Assembly (NCBI RefSeq): GCF_009914755.1
Contig: NC_060942.1
Source of the DNA: the human T2T-CHM13v2.0 reference genome, Homo sapiens
Reading direction: 5' to 3' (one strand)
DNA: 64,000 bases
The translations under genes were made by a program, and so were the position numbers. Positions 48,560 through 60,742 of the stretch are shown here, piece after piece (the stretch's first letter is position 1; the number at the start of each line of letters is the position of its first letter). Under the pieces are notes generated by a model. The model made no database searches. It was given only the letters and a program-made list of their open reading frames with translations, and was not told where the DNA came from.

Positions 48560-50680
48560 TTTCTATGGCCTTATAGTATAGTTTGAAGTTGGGTAATATG
48601 ATGCCTCCAGATTTGTTCTTTTTGCTTAGTCTTGCTTTGGCTATGCAGACTCTTTTTTTTGGTTCCACATGAATTTTAGGATTGCTTTTTTCTAGTTCTG
48701 TGAAGAATGGTGGTAGCATTTTGATAGGAATTGCATTGAATTTGTATGTTGCTTTTGGCCATATGGTCATTTTCACAATGTTGATTCTATCCATCCATGA
48801 GCATGGGAGGTGTTTCCATTTGTTTGTGTAGTCTAAGATTTCTTTCAGCAGTGTTATGTAGTTTTCCTTGCAGAGGTCTTTCACATCCTTAGGTATATTC
48901 CTAAGCTTTTTTTTTTTTTTTGCAGCTATCATGAAAGGAGTTGAGTTCCTAATTTCTCAGTTTGGATGCTGTTGGTGTAGACCAGAGCTATTGATTTGTG
49001 TACATTAATTTTTGTACACAAAATTATTATCCTGAAACTCTGCTGAATTAATTTACCAGTTCTAGGAGCTTTTTGGATGAGTCTTTTAAGGTTTTCTATG
49101 TATACGCTCATGTCATCAGCAAACAGCAGCAGTTTGACTTCCTCTTTACCCATCTGGATACCCTTTATTTCTTTCTCTTGTCTGATTGCTCTGGCTAGGA
49201 CTTCCAGTACTATGTTGAATAAAAGTGGTGAAAGTGGGCATCCTTGTCTTGCTCCAGTTCTCAGGAAGAATGCTTTCAACTTTTCTCTGTTCAGCACAAT
49301 TTCAACACAACATGGTATTGGTATAAAAATGGGCACGTAGACCAATGGAACAGAATAGAGAACCCAGAAATAAGCCAAATACAGCTAACTGATCTTCAAC
49401 AAAGCAAACAAAACAACATAAAGTGAGGAAAGGACACCCTATTCAACAAATGGTGCTAGGATAATTGGCAAGCCACATGTAGAAGAATGAAACTAGATCC
49501 TCATCTCTTGCCTTATACAAAAATCAACTCAAAATGGATCAAAGACTTAGATCTAATACTTGAAATCATAAAGATTCTAGAAGATAACACTAGAAAAACT
49601 CTTGTAGACAATGCCTTAGGCAAAGACTTCATGACCAGGAACCCAAAAGCAAACGCAACAAAAACAAAGATGAATAGATGGGACTTAATTAAACTAAAAA
49701 AGCTTCTGCTCAGCAAAAGAAATAATCAGAGGTAACAGGCAACCCACAGAGTGGGAGAAAATTTTGACGAACTATACGTTGAAAAAAGGACTAATCCAAA
49801 ATCTACAAAGAACTCAAATCAGCCAGAAAAAATCAAATAATCCCATCAAAAAATGGGCTAAGGATATGAGTAGACAATTCTCAAAAGAAGATATGCAAAT
49901 GGCCAACAAACATATGGAAAAATGTTCAACATCACTAATTATCAGGGAAATGCAAATCAAAACCACAATGTGATACCACCTAACTCCTGCAAGTATGTCC
50001 ATAATAAAAAAATGAAAAACATTATAGATGTTGGCATGGATGCAGTGAAAAGGAAACACTTTTACACTGCTGGTGAGAATGTAAACTAATTCAGCTACTA
50101 GGGAAAACAGTGTGGAGATTGCTTAAAGAACTAAAAGTAGATCTCCCATTTGATCCAGCAATCCCATTACTAGGTATCTACCCAGAGGAAAAGAAGTATA
50201 TGAAAAAGATACTTGCAAATGCATGTTTATAGCAACAAAACTTGCAATGCAAAAATATGGAACCAGCCCAAATGCCCATTAATCACTTAGTGAATAAAGA
50301 AAATGTGGTACATATACCATGGAATACTACTCAGACATACAAAGGAATAAAATAATGGCATTCACAGCAACCTGAGTGGAATTGCTGACTATTATTCTAA
50401 GTGAAGTAACCCAGGAATAGAAAACCAAATATCGTATGTTCTCACTCATAAGTGGGGGCTAAGATATGAGGACTCAAAGGCATAAGAATGATTTGTTGGA
50501 CTTTGGGGACTTGGAGCAAGTTTTGGGGGTGGCAAGGGGTAAAAGACTACACATTGTGTACACAATGTACAGTGATAAGTGCACCAAAATCTCAGAAATC
50601 ACCACTAAAGAACTTATTCATGTAACCCAACACCACCTGTTCCCCAAAAACCTAATAAAATAAATAAATAAATAAAATTT
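48560..50680 (+). mobile_element. L1PB1-like element with 5' inversion (inverted 48560-49295, forward about 49303-50680)
   Basis: Minus ORFs 48549-49378 are L1 ORF2 (FADD); the plus part continues ORF2 into a 3' UTR ending ccacctgttccccaaaaacc and (TAAA)n. Confidence 0.9.
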
Positions 50681-50699
50681 CCTAGTAAAATATAATTAA

Positions 50700-53690
50700 A
50701 TTAGCCTTAACAGAAGTTTTTATGAAAATTTCAAAATAAATGCAAATTAACCAGCAACTTCTAAATAAATAGATTCCATAAGAAATCACAGGGATATTTG
50801 AAAAGATATTTTGAAGTAAATAATAATGAACTCATGGCATATGAGCATTTATAAAATGCAACTAATGACATTCTGAGAAGAAAATTTACAGCTTTTAACT
50901 GATAATTCTAGAAAATAAAAATGGCATCAAGTAAATAATCAAAGCATCTAATTTATAAAAAGAGAAATATAGAGGTTTAAATTATTCCCAAAGCAAATAA
51001 GATATGGGAAATCAGAGGAAAAAATTCAGTGGTATAAAAGCTGAAACATAGTAATCAATAAAGGAAGCAAAAGTGGACTTTTTAAAAAGATAAACAAAAT
51101 TGACAAATCTTTTGCTTGAATGACCACGAAATAAAGACACAAGGCACAAATTACCAAAGTTAGGAATGAAAAAGATACCATCACTACTACTATTACAGAA
51201 ATTAATTATAAGAGAATTTCATGAAAACATTTAGGCCAGCAAACTAGATAACTACAATAAAATGGACAAATTCTTCAGAAGATATAAATTACTGAAAATG
51301 ACTCAAGCAGCAACAGAAAATGGAAGAGAGACCTTGATATGTTTTGGCTGTGTCCCCACCCAAATCTCAACTTGAATTGTATCTCCCAGAATTCCCACAT
51401 GTTGTGGAAGGGACCCAGGGGGAGGTAACTGAATCGGCAGTGGCGGGGGGTGTCTTTCCCATGCTATTCTTGTGATAATGAATAAGTTTCATGAGATCTG
51501 ATGGGTCTATCAGGGGTTTCTGTTATTGCTTCTTCCTCATTTTTCTCTTGCCACTGCCATGTAAGAAGTGCCTTTCACCACCGGTCATAATTCTGAGCCC
51601 TCCCCAGCCATATGGGACTGTAACTCCATTAAACCTCTCTTTCTTCCTAGTCTCGGGTATGTCTTTATCAGCAGTGTGAAAATGAACTAATACAGTAAAT
51701 TGGTACCAGGAGTGGGGTGTGCTGAAAAGATACCCCAAAATGTGGAAGTGACTTTGGAACTTGGTAACAGGCAGAGGTTGGAACAGTTTGGAGGGCTCAG
51801 AAGAAGATAGGAAAATGTGGGAAAGTTTGGAACCCCCTAGAGACTTGCTGAATGGCTTTGACAAAAATGCTGATAGTGATATTAACAATAAGGTCCAGGA
51901 TGAGGTGGTCTCAGACAGAGATAAGAAACTTGTTGGGAACTTGAGCAAAGGTGACTCTTGCTATGTTTTAGCAAAGAGACTGGTGGCATTTTGCCCCTGC
52001 CCCAGAGATATATGGAACTTTGAACTTGAGAGAGATGACGTAGGATATCTGGTGGAAGAAACCCTAAGCAGCGAAGCACTCAAGAGGTGACTTGGGTGCT
52101 TTTAAAAGCATTCCATTTTAAAAGGGAAACAGCATAAAAGTTCAGAAAATTTGCAGCCTGACGATTCAATAGAAAAGAAAAACCCATTTTTTGAGGATAA
52201 ATTCAAGCTGGCTGCAGAAATTTGCATAAGTAGTAAGAAGCCTAATGTTAATCCCCAAGACCACGGGGAAAATGTCTCCAGCCATGTCAGACACCTTCAT
52301 GGCAGACCCTCCCATCACAAGCCTGGAGGCCCAGGAAGAAAAAGTGGTTCTGTGGGCCAGGCCCAGGGTCCCCATGCTGTGTGCAGCCTAGGGAGTTGGT
52401 GCCCTATGTCACAGCCACTCCAGCTATGGCTGAAAGAGGCCAACATAGAGCTCGGGTTGTGGCTTCAGAGGGTGGAAGCCCCAAGCCTTGGCAGCTTCCA
52501 CATGGTGTTGAGCCTGTGAGTGCACAGAAGTCAAGAAATGAGGTTTGAGAACCTCCGCCTAAATTTCAGATGTATGGAAATGCCTGGATGTCCAGGCAAA
52601 AGTTTGCTGTAAGGGTGGGGCCCTCATAAAGAATCTCTGCTAGGGTGCTGAGGAAGGGAAATGTGGAGTTGGAGCCCCCAACAGAGTCCCTACTGGGGCA
52701 CTGCCCAGTGGAGCTGTGAGAAGAGGGCCACCATCCTCCAGAGTCCAGAATGGTAGATCCACCCACAGCTTGCACATGTGCCTAGAAAAGCCACAGACAC
52801 TCAACACTAGCCCATGAAAGCAGTCATGAGGGAGGCTGTACCCTGCAAAGCCACAGGGGTGCAGCTGCCTAAGACTGTGGGAACCTACCTCTTACATCAG
52901 CATGACCTGGATGTGAGACCTGGAGTCAAAGGAGATCATTTTGGAGCCTTAAAATTTGGCTACCCCATTGGATTTTGGACTTGCATGGCCCTGTAACCCT
53001 TTTGTTTTGGCCAATCTCTCACATTTGGAACAGCTGTATTTACCCAATACCCATACCTCCATTGTACCTAGGAAGTAACTAGCTTGCTTTTGATTTTACA
53101 AGCTCATAGGCAGAAGGGACTTGCCTTGTCTCAGATGAGACTTTGAACTGTGGACTTTTGGGTTAATGCTGAAATGAGTTAAGACTTGGGGGACAGTTGG
53201 GAAGGCATGACTGGTTTTGAAATATGAGGGCATGAAATTTGGAGGGGCCAGTAGAATGATATAGTTTGGCTGTGTCTCCATTCAAGTCTCAACTTGAATT
53301 GTAACTCCCAGAATTCTGACATGTTGTGGGAGGGACCCAAGGGGAGGTAATTTAATCACATGGTCCAGTCTTTCTCATGTTATTCTCATGTTAGTGAATA
53401 AGTCTCATGAGATCTGATGGGTTTATCAGGGGTTTTTCCACTTTTACTTCTTCCTCATTTTTCTCTTGCCACCACCATGTAAGAAGTGCCTTTAGCCTCC
53501 TGCTGTGATTTTCTGAGTTCTCCCTGGCCATGTAGAACTGTGAAGCCCAATTAAACCTCTTTTTCTTCCCAGTCTCAGGTATGTCTTTATCAGCAGTATG
53601 AAAACAAACTGATACAGACCTAAAACTAGGAAACAAATTGATTTACCTATTAAAAATTTACTGACAACTTTGGGCTTAAACAGTTTGGCA
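50700..53690 (+). mobile_element. Old L1M ORF2 fragment hosting the THE1A (probably continuous with 48290-48545)
   Basis: aaaatggacaaattctt...gaaaatgactcaag..agacct resumes as aaaactaggaaacaaattga after the THE1. Confidence 0.65.
51335..53616 (+). mobile_element. Full-length THE1A MaLR: LTR 51335-51694, internal, LTR 53257-53616
   Basis: Paired ~360-bp LTRs with caacttgaattgta.ctcccagaatt; perfect TSD GACCT. Confidence 0.93.
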
Positions 53691-53862
53691 TGGATTAAAA
53701 AAAACTCAGTAAATGACCCTGGGTAGAAAAATAATGACTTCAAGGAAATGAAAAACTCTAACTTGAAACTTAAGAAGGTTTAGAGATCAAAATTCAGCTA
53801 AGAAATGAGTAAGATAACTGATCTAGAACCAGTGAAACTTCTAGGATTCTAGTAGAGGCAAA

Positions 53863-54155
53863 AAGTAATCAAGGCTTATTGGACTTCTACAGAATAAATA
53901 ATTAACAATTGAAGATGAGATTACTGTGAAATATGTTGAAACCATAGAATATCAGGAATAGTTATAAGAAACAAGATATGATATATATAAGAAACAATAT
54001 GATATGTTTCAAGTAATCAAGGCTTATTGGAATTCTACAGAATAAATAATTAACAATTGAAGATGAGATTACTATGAAATATGTTGAAACCATAGAATAT
54101 CAGGAATAGTTATAAGAAACAAGACATGATATATATAATAAGCAAGATATGATAG
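53863..54155. repeat. Tandem duplication, period 148 bp
   Basis: aagtaatcaaggcttattgg... starts at 53863 and 54011; about 127 bp shared with 3 substitutions. Confidence 0.95.
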
Positions 54156-54159
54156 ATAT

Positions 54160-54612
54160 GTTGTTCACTACCCTCTCCCTTGGGATAGAGATAATTTCTT
54201 ATCATATAGATTCTTGTTTTGGATGTGATACTTATTTGGGCTGTGTCCCCACCCAATCTCAACTGGAATTGTATCTCCAAATGGATGTGAGAAGTGAAGG
54301 TATGCCAGTTCCAAGCTGACACTTTGAGCAGCATCCTACGTTTCTATTCACCCTTTTGTATTCTTGCCATTTGCCACATGAAAACCATACTCCTGGGAAG
54401 GTGCTAGCCAAAGAGGATGAGAGAGACATGAAGCTGACCTGAACCCAACATACAGCCTTGAGCCAGCGCAATTGGATCTGCGGCCTGAAGAAGAGCTTCC
54501 CTAGCCAACTCACAGAGCCATCAGCAAATAAGAAAATGCTTATTGTTGTAAGCCACTGAGTTCCAAGGTGGTTGTTACAAAGCACAATTGTAGTAATAAC
54601 TGAATAACTGAA
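54160..54612 (+). mobile_element. MLT1(H/I-like) LTR containing a short THE1 fragment
   Basis: gaggatgagagagacatgaagctgacctgaacc...gcttattgttgtaagccactgag...ggttgttac. Confidence 0.75.
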
Positions 54613-55229
54613 TAATTAACAAAGACAAAACAATTCAAAACAAAATGGAAGATTTAACATTCCATTAATTACTGAGACCTTCTTCCATAGCAGTGGCATT
54701 CTGGTGAGCATATATATGGGACATAATTATCTTTGTAATCTGTCCTTTCTGATTACACCCTTTCTGTCTCACCCCCTGGGGTGATTAGCTTTCACCCTTC
54801 CCATCATGTGACTGGAATGCAGTAATTCTCCAAATTATGTCTACATACTATTCAAATTCATTCAGAAACCAGAGCTGTGATTTTTTTTTTCCTCTTTCAT
54901 CAGATCATTATAGGAAAATACCCATGGAGCCATAGTGTAGATTATGGGAAAGACAGGTAATATATAGAAGCAGGTACGATGGGAATACCTGAGGAGCCTG
55001 AGTCACAAGTTTACTTGTGTCTTCAGATAATGTTTGGGTATAATATAATATAGGTACTCTTTTATTTTGCAAGGGAAAACTGCTATGCATATCCAACTTT
55101 TAATTTGTAGGATCATATACTACCAAATTCATGATGGTAAGCTTATTTCTAGTTATCTTTTTTGATAGGAAAAACAAAAAGCATTTGCTAGTTAATTGGC
55201 TACACGTTGGATGGCAAGGGCTGTCATTT

Positions 55230-55505
55230 TCAGGAGAGGCATGCAGTCAGCTTAAAGTGACCAGATGGAGAGTGGGGCAGTCAGTGCTATAAATTCCCCT
55301 GCCTCACCCATCTCCATTATCTCCCCATGGTCTCTTGCCACAGATTCCCATGGGTTGAGCCCAACAGGAAGACAGAATGCAAACAAAATCTTTGATGCAG
55401 TCCACTATGAATCAGCCTCCTGGCCCACAAAACAAAAAATCTAAGTGGGATTGGGGAGTTGAGGGGAAAGATAAATCTGGAAGACTGACCAGAAAATATC
55501 TAGAA
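55230..55505 (-). mobile_element. Ancient ERVL LTR (LTR33/41-like) fragment
   Basis: gagcccaacaggaagacaga..gcaa...ttgatgcagtccac..tcagcctcc motif. Confidence 0.45.
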
Positions 55506-55793
55506 AGAAGTGAGTTTCCTTAATTTTATTTTTGAAAAGTATCTAAATTTATAACAAATATAATACTTAACATTAAGTTTGTTAAGGAGATTACAATTTT
55601 TTCCTGTCTTACATGCTATATACTTTTGAGAATCTAAAGACTATAAAAATATATGTCTCTATACTTTGTAAACAAATTCATAAAATTTAGAGATTATATT
55701 CTACATAAATAATATAAAGGCAGAAGATTCCCGAGAACACATTACCTGAAAGGAATATGTTTCAAAGAGAAAGCTATTAACTTTAAAAAATAC

Positions 55794-56105
<312 letters not shown>

Positions 56106-56572
56106 TACATAACAATAATGAATTTAAATTTCATTGCATATAGTGGCTACTTACGTAAAATAACGCAGACGAACATAAATCTGTTTTCTAAGTAGATCTT
56201 GTATTGATTAAAAGGTAACCCAACAATAAGTTGTCACCCATAACAAATATTTATTCCATAGTTCAAAACGTATTTATTAAGTACCTATAATGTGCACATA
56301 TGTATCTCAATTTCTAGAACTCCTAAAACTACAATACCTAAGCACTATTACAAAGGGTATATGAGATTATATGTAAATTTATCAGCAAACAATTAAATAA
56401 AACCTTCCCTCCATATTTTTTCTACTACTACTAACAGGGAAGAACCTCCCAAACAATTAGGAAAATTGTGCATGACTCCTGTTGTTGTGAACAGAGTCTA
56501 TCAAGAATCTACTGGGATCCAGAATTTCCCAGGGTGTCTTTTCTGACCCTATGGTAGCCTCATTGCCTCTAA

Positions 56573-56574
<2 letters not shown>

Positions 56575-56622
<48 letters not shown>
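56575..56622. repeat. (CA)n microsatellite
   Basis: About 24 perfect units. Confidence 0.97.
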
Positions 56623-56627
<5 letters not shown>

Positions 56628-57620
56628 TTATAAATTATATAAATCTACTATATTAGTGGAGCATACACAGTACAAATTCTATTCAAAAAGAAAATTTCAA
56701 AAATGATAAAATTTACAAATATATATAAAAGTTCTAATCTTTTCTTGCAACTCTCTGGAATTCATACACCCTACTTTGGTAACTACAGCTTTAGAAGACA
56801 TAAAATTATAACAAAAGTCTAAATATGAGTACACTATGACCTATAATTTGAATTAATGGCTGTTGGTCTGGGTAATAACTAATAATGTCCCTTTTTTCTC
56901 TGGAAGATTTCTTGGTTTAAATGATAGATCATATATGGGCACCCTAATATTAATAAAAAAGCTCTTACAAAACATGTGCATCCTGAATTAAAATTTTTAT
57001 CCTATGAGAGAGTAAAAATCTTTCAGCTTCAGGCAGAATCAGGAAGTCAGGCATGTTTTCATAGGTACAGGGTTTGTAGAACAAACAAACAAACAAACAA
57101 AATCCAATACCTTTAGATTCTTTAATCCTTCACCATAGGTCCCTCACTCTGTGAGCTAAAAGAATTTCCTTTTTTACCTTTCGTTAAAGGTAAAACACTT
57201 GCTACCTGCATGACTCTTAGAAACATTTTAGGTTTTGATACCTGCTAGAAGTTCCCAAGGCAAATTTACTATTAAATTCTCAAAAGCATACGCATTTAGT
57301 GCCTAAAATATCACTTAAAACTCTTTCAATTTTCCTAGACCTAAAAATGTGGCTAATGACACCAACTGGCAATCACTTTAAATTCCTAAAGTTCTAGAAA
57401 TTCAAATACTGTAGTCATTATAGGATATATGCCAAATGTTTGCATGCTCTGTGGGTACCATAAATGCTACTGGATTTCTAACAGACCCAAAGGACATCAG
57501 GTCCAGGTTTGTCCAGTGCAGTCTCACAGTTTTTATCTGTGAACCCAGCATTATCTTCAATAACATCTTTCAAAAGTGCTGGTTTATATGCAAAACAATA
57601 TGGTCACTCTAAACAGGTGA

Positions 57621-57886
57621 TATTTATTTATTTTTTGAGACAGGATCTCACTCTATCACCTGGGGCTCACTGCAGCCTCAATCTCCTGGGCTCAATCAAT
57701 CCTCCCACCTCAGCCTCCCAAGTAGTTGAGACTACAGGCGAGCACCACCACGCCTGGCTAATTTTCGTATTTTTTGTAGAGACAGGTTTTCACCACGTTT
57801 CTTAGGCTGGTCTCGAACTCCTGGGCTCAAGTGATCCGCATCCCCAGCCTCCCAAAGCGTGGGATTACAGGCATGAGCCATGGCAC
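57621..57886 (-). mobile_element. AluJ with a small internal deletion
   Basis: GAGACAGGATCTCACTC...CTCCTGGGCTCAAGTGATCC; lacks the GGCTGGAGTGCAGTGG segment. Confidence 0.88.
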
Positions 57887-57977
57887 TAAGACAATTTTTT
57901 TAAAAATATACAGACCTGTAATTAATTATCTGTGCCCCCAACAGAATAAGAAGTAATATAAAAATCCCTATTATTAC

Positions 57978-58178
57978 CTTTCTGCACAGCCAATGGGAGT
58001 TCTTGAAGTTTCCAGACTGACCAAGAGTCAATTTTCATGTTAATCATATTCTTTCTTGATCTCTGTTGTTTTAAAGCTTCTTCAGCGTCTGCCCGGTCAG
58101 TTTCTAGACTTTTAATGAGACGAATGGCCTCTGAGAGCAATGTTTCCATTTCCTGCTTTAACTCTGGACACTTTTCAT
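57978..58178 (-). CDS. CCDC178: CCDC178 internal coding exon (201 nt)
   Basis: AG at 58179-80, GTAATA donor at 57977. Encodes (D)EKCPELKQEMETLLSEAIRLIKSLETDRADAEEALKQQRSRKNMINMKIDSWSVWKLQELPLAVQK; overlaps ORF 57922-58149. Confidence 0.93.
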
Positions 58179-60184
58179 CTTAAACAGAAATAAATATTCA
58201 CATTTGTTAATAAATCAGTCAATAAGCTGGATGATGGGAACATGGGCCTTAGTTGTATTATTATATTTTTCTATATATTTAATAAGAGAATGTTAGAAAA
58301 ATGAATTACCTTTTAAAAAAGTTTTATTATAATACAAATATAAGATTAATTATAAACTTTGAAGACCTATTTTTAATAAACATTTTATAAAATAATTACA
58401 ATAGCTAAATCTCAACCAATATTTTCAGGAATAATACCATTTTATCTGAAGGAAAAAACACATGTGCTATTTATAAGCTGTACTATAGAGGTTTATTTTA
58501 AAATCATGCTTGTGTGTCCTCCTATTCTATAAGAAAAACATATCATAATGATTATATCAGGTAAATACTGAATAATCATAATGGTTCCTAGAAACAAGAC
58601 ATATTCTTCAATCTCATCCAATAAGAACTTCTCTACTTAGCTTTGCCAGGAATTCATTGGAATTTTGAAACTCTATTTATTTAGTTGTAATACTAAATTA
58701 ATCCTCAATTAACTCCTTTAATGAGAGATATTTGTGATTCCTGGTTCACAGTTCTGGAATGATGCGGCTTAATGTTAACAAAATTATTACCATGGGTACT
58801 CATTTGACCATTTATGAAATAAATGTGTAGAGCCCATTACGTTCCGGGAACAAGCACATGGTCTTTGCTGGAGATAAGTAAGGTAAAGAAGACAGATATG
58901 AGTCCTATCCTTGTAGGACTGATGCCTATAAACACTGACTTTTGCCAAAATGTTATATAAACACATAAATACAAAGTGTTAAGAAATAAGGCCCCGAAAG
59001 AACTGAGGCTAGAGGAAAAATAGCTAAACTGCACCAAGAAGAAAGAAAACGAATACATTTCTTTTTTATGTTGCTTTTGGACAATAAAGACAATGATTTT
59101 CTGCTAGATGGGAGTATTAAATAACGGTGATAAGCGCAAGCTCAGCAGTCATACAATCACTATTTTTTAACCCATTGGACTTGTCAAAGAAATCCAGCAT
59201 GCTGCCTCAGAAGCATTCTTATAAAACCGGTTTCCCTATTTTTAATGCATAAATATGATTTTCTCTACACTGGTCCTTTATTTGGCATCTTTGAATCTAT
59301 TGTTTTCTTTTGTCAAATTCTACCACATCTTGGATACTTTAAAATTAATTGTCTTTTTTAAATGAAAACATATTCACTCAACACTTGTTCTCCAGCCAAT
59401 TTGTGATTCATATCAATTACAATAACAAGATTTCAGTCTGGAATATATGAATAAATTAATACCACTTATAATTAAAATACTTCTGATTGAATATATATGT
59501 GTTTTAGCAAAGGTGTTCATTATGTTTCTAGGAGCTGTCTTTTATACTATTTCAATAATAAATTCCAAAACAAATGCCGTATAGGTAACTTGAGATGCCT
59601 CAAATTCATTGTATTTAACATCTCATTTTTTTTTCTTGAGTGCCATCTCAGTTTTGCAGTTTCATATTACTGTTCTAAGCAACTACCTGCAATTTTTTAG
59701 CATAAGGCCTTGATTACAACAAATCTTCCTCATCCTGCTATTGCTGTATGTTTTAGACCTCAAATGTACATACTGATAATAAACATAATTGTAGCTAATG
59801 GAATTGTAGTTGTGATTGTTAATATATCTATTTTTTCTCAGCATTTGTTATGTGAAAACTTGATAAGTAATGATTAAGGTCCTCGTTTTCACTATAGGCA
59901 CAAATAATGAAAAATAAAACAGTAGAAACAAAGCTTTGCTATGAATGAAAGCTTTGAAAAACAAAATATTCTTGCTTTTAAAAAGTCCTGAGTTTATTAC
60001 TTAGTTTTCACTCAAGGATTTAGCAATTTTTTGTGGTAGGGGAAGAGGAGGTACTACATAAAATCTCAATAATATATTTAAATACACTGAAGTAGTGTTA
60101 ACACAAATTTTATACCTGTATATAAAATATATATTTTATAAATTGTGATAAGAATATTTATCACAACTTAAATATATACTAGAA

Positions 60185-60392
60185 CTGCAATTTTCAATAT
60201 GGTAGTCATCATCCACATGCAACCATTTACATTTATATGCAACTTAATTCACATTAAACTTAAAAATTAAGTTCCTCAGTCTTACTAGCCACATTTCAAA
60301 GGTTCAACAGCTGTACGTGGCTAGTAGCTATTCTACTGGACAATATACACATGGAATACTGATTATCACAGAAAGTTCTATTGGGCAACACT
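60185..60392 (-). mobile_element. MER3 (hAT-Charlie) DNA transposon
   Basis: aagttcctcagtc..actagccacatttcaa...gtggctagtagcta...agaaagttctattgg. Confidence 0.85.
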
Positions 60393-60434
60393 AAACTACA
60401 AATAGCTTCTTGAGAAGTGGATAGCCATCATTAT

Positions 60435-60500
60435 ACACTCATCACCTAAACCAGTACTTGGTGTATAATATTCACTAATAAATATTTGTTGAATGAATGC
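60435..60500 (+). mobile_element. L2 3' tail
   Basis: cagtacttggtgtataata...aataaatatttgttgaatgaatg. Confidence 0.7.
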
Positions 60501-60656
60501 TTAATCAAATGATATAGAGGACTATTTTGTCTATTAAACATTCATAATAATTATAAAATTCTTAAACATGATTATTGTGACAATCAGAAATATATTAAAT
60601 GAAGTCAATGAACTTTTAAATATATACAGTTATTCAAGTAGGAGGAACAACTTTAC

Positions 60657-60742
60657 CTCTCTTTTCTCCTGGTTTGACCTCTTTCACTGGTGTAGTTACA
60701 CTCCAATCTTCTTTCAGGTCTTTTGTGGAAGAAGTTCTGCTC
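60657..60742 (-). CDS. CCDC178: CCDC178 internal coding exon (86 nt)
   Basis: AG at 60743-44 and GTAAAG donor at 60656 on the minus strand. Reads (W)SRTSSTKDLKEDWSVTTPVKEVKPGEKR plus G, which joins AT of the next exon to give Asp. Gene name from recalled protein sequence. Confidence 0.9.
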
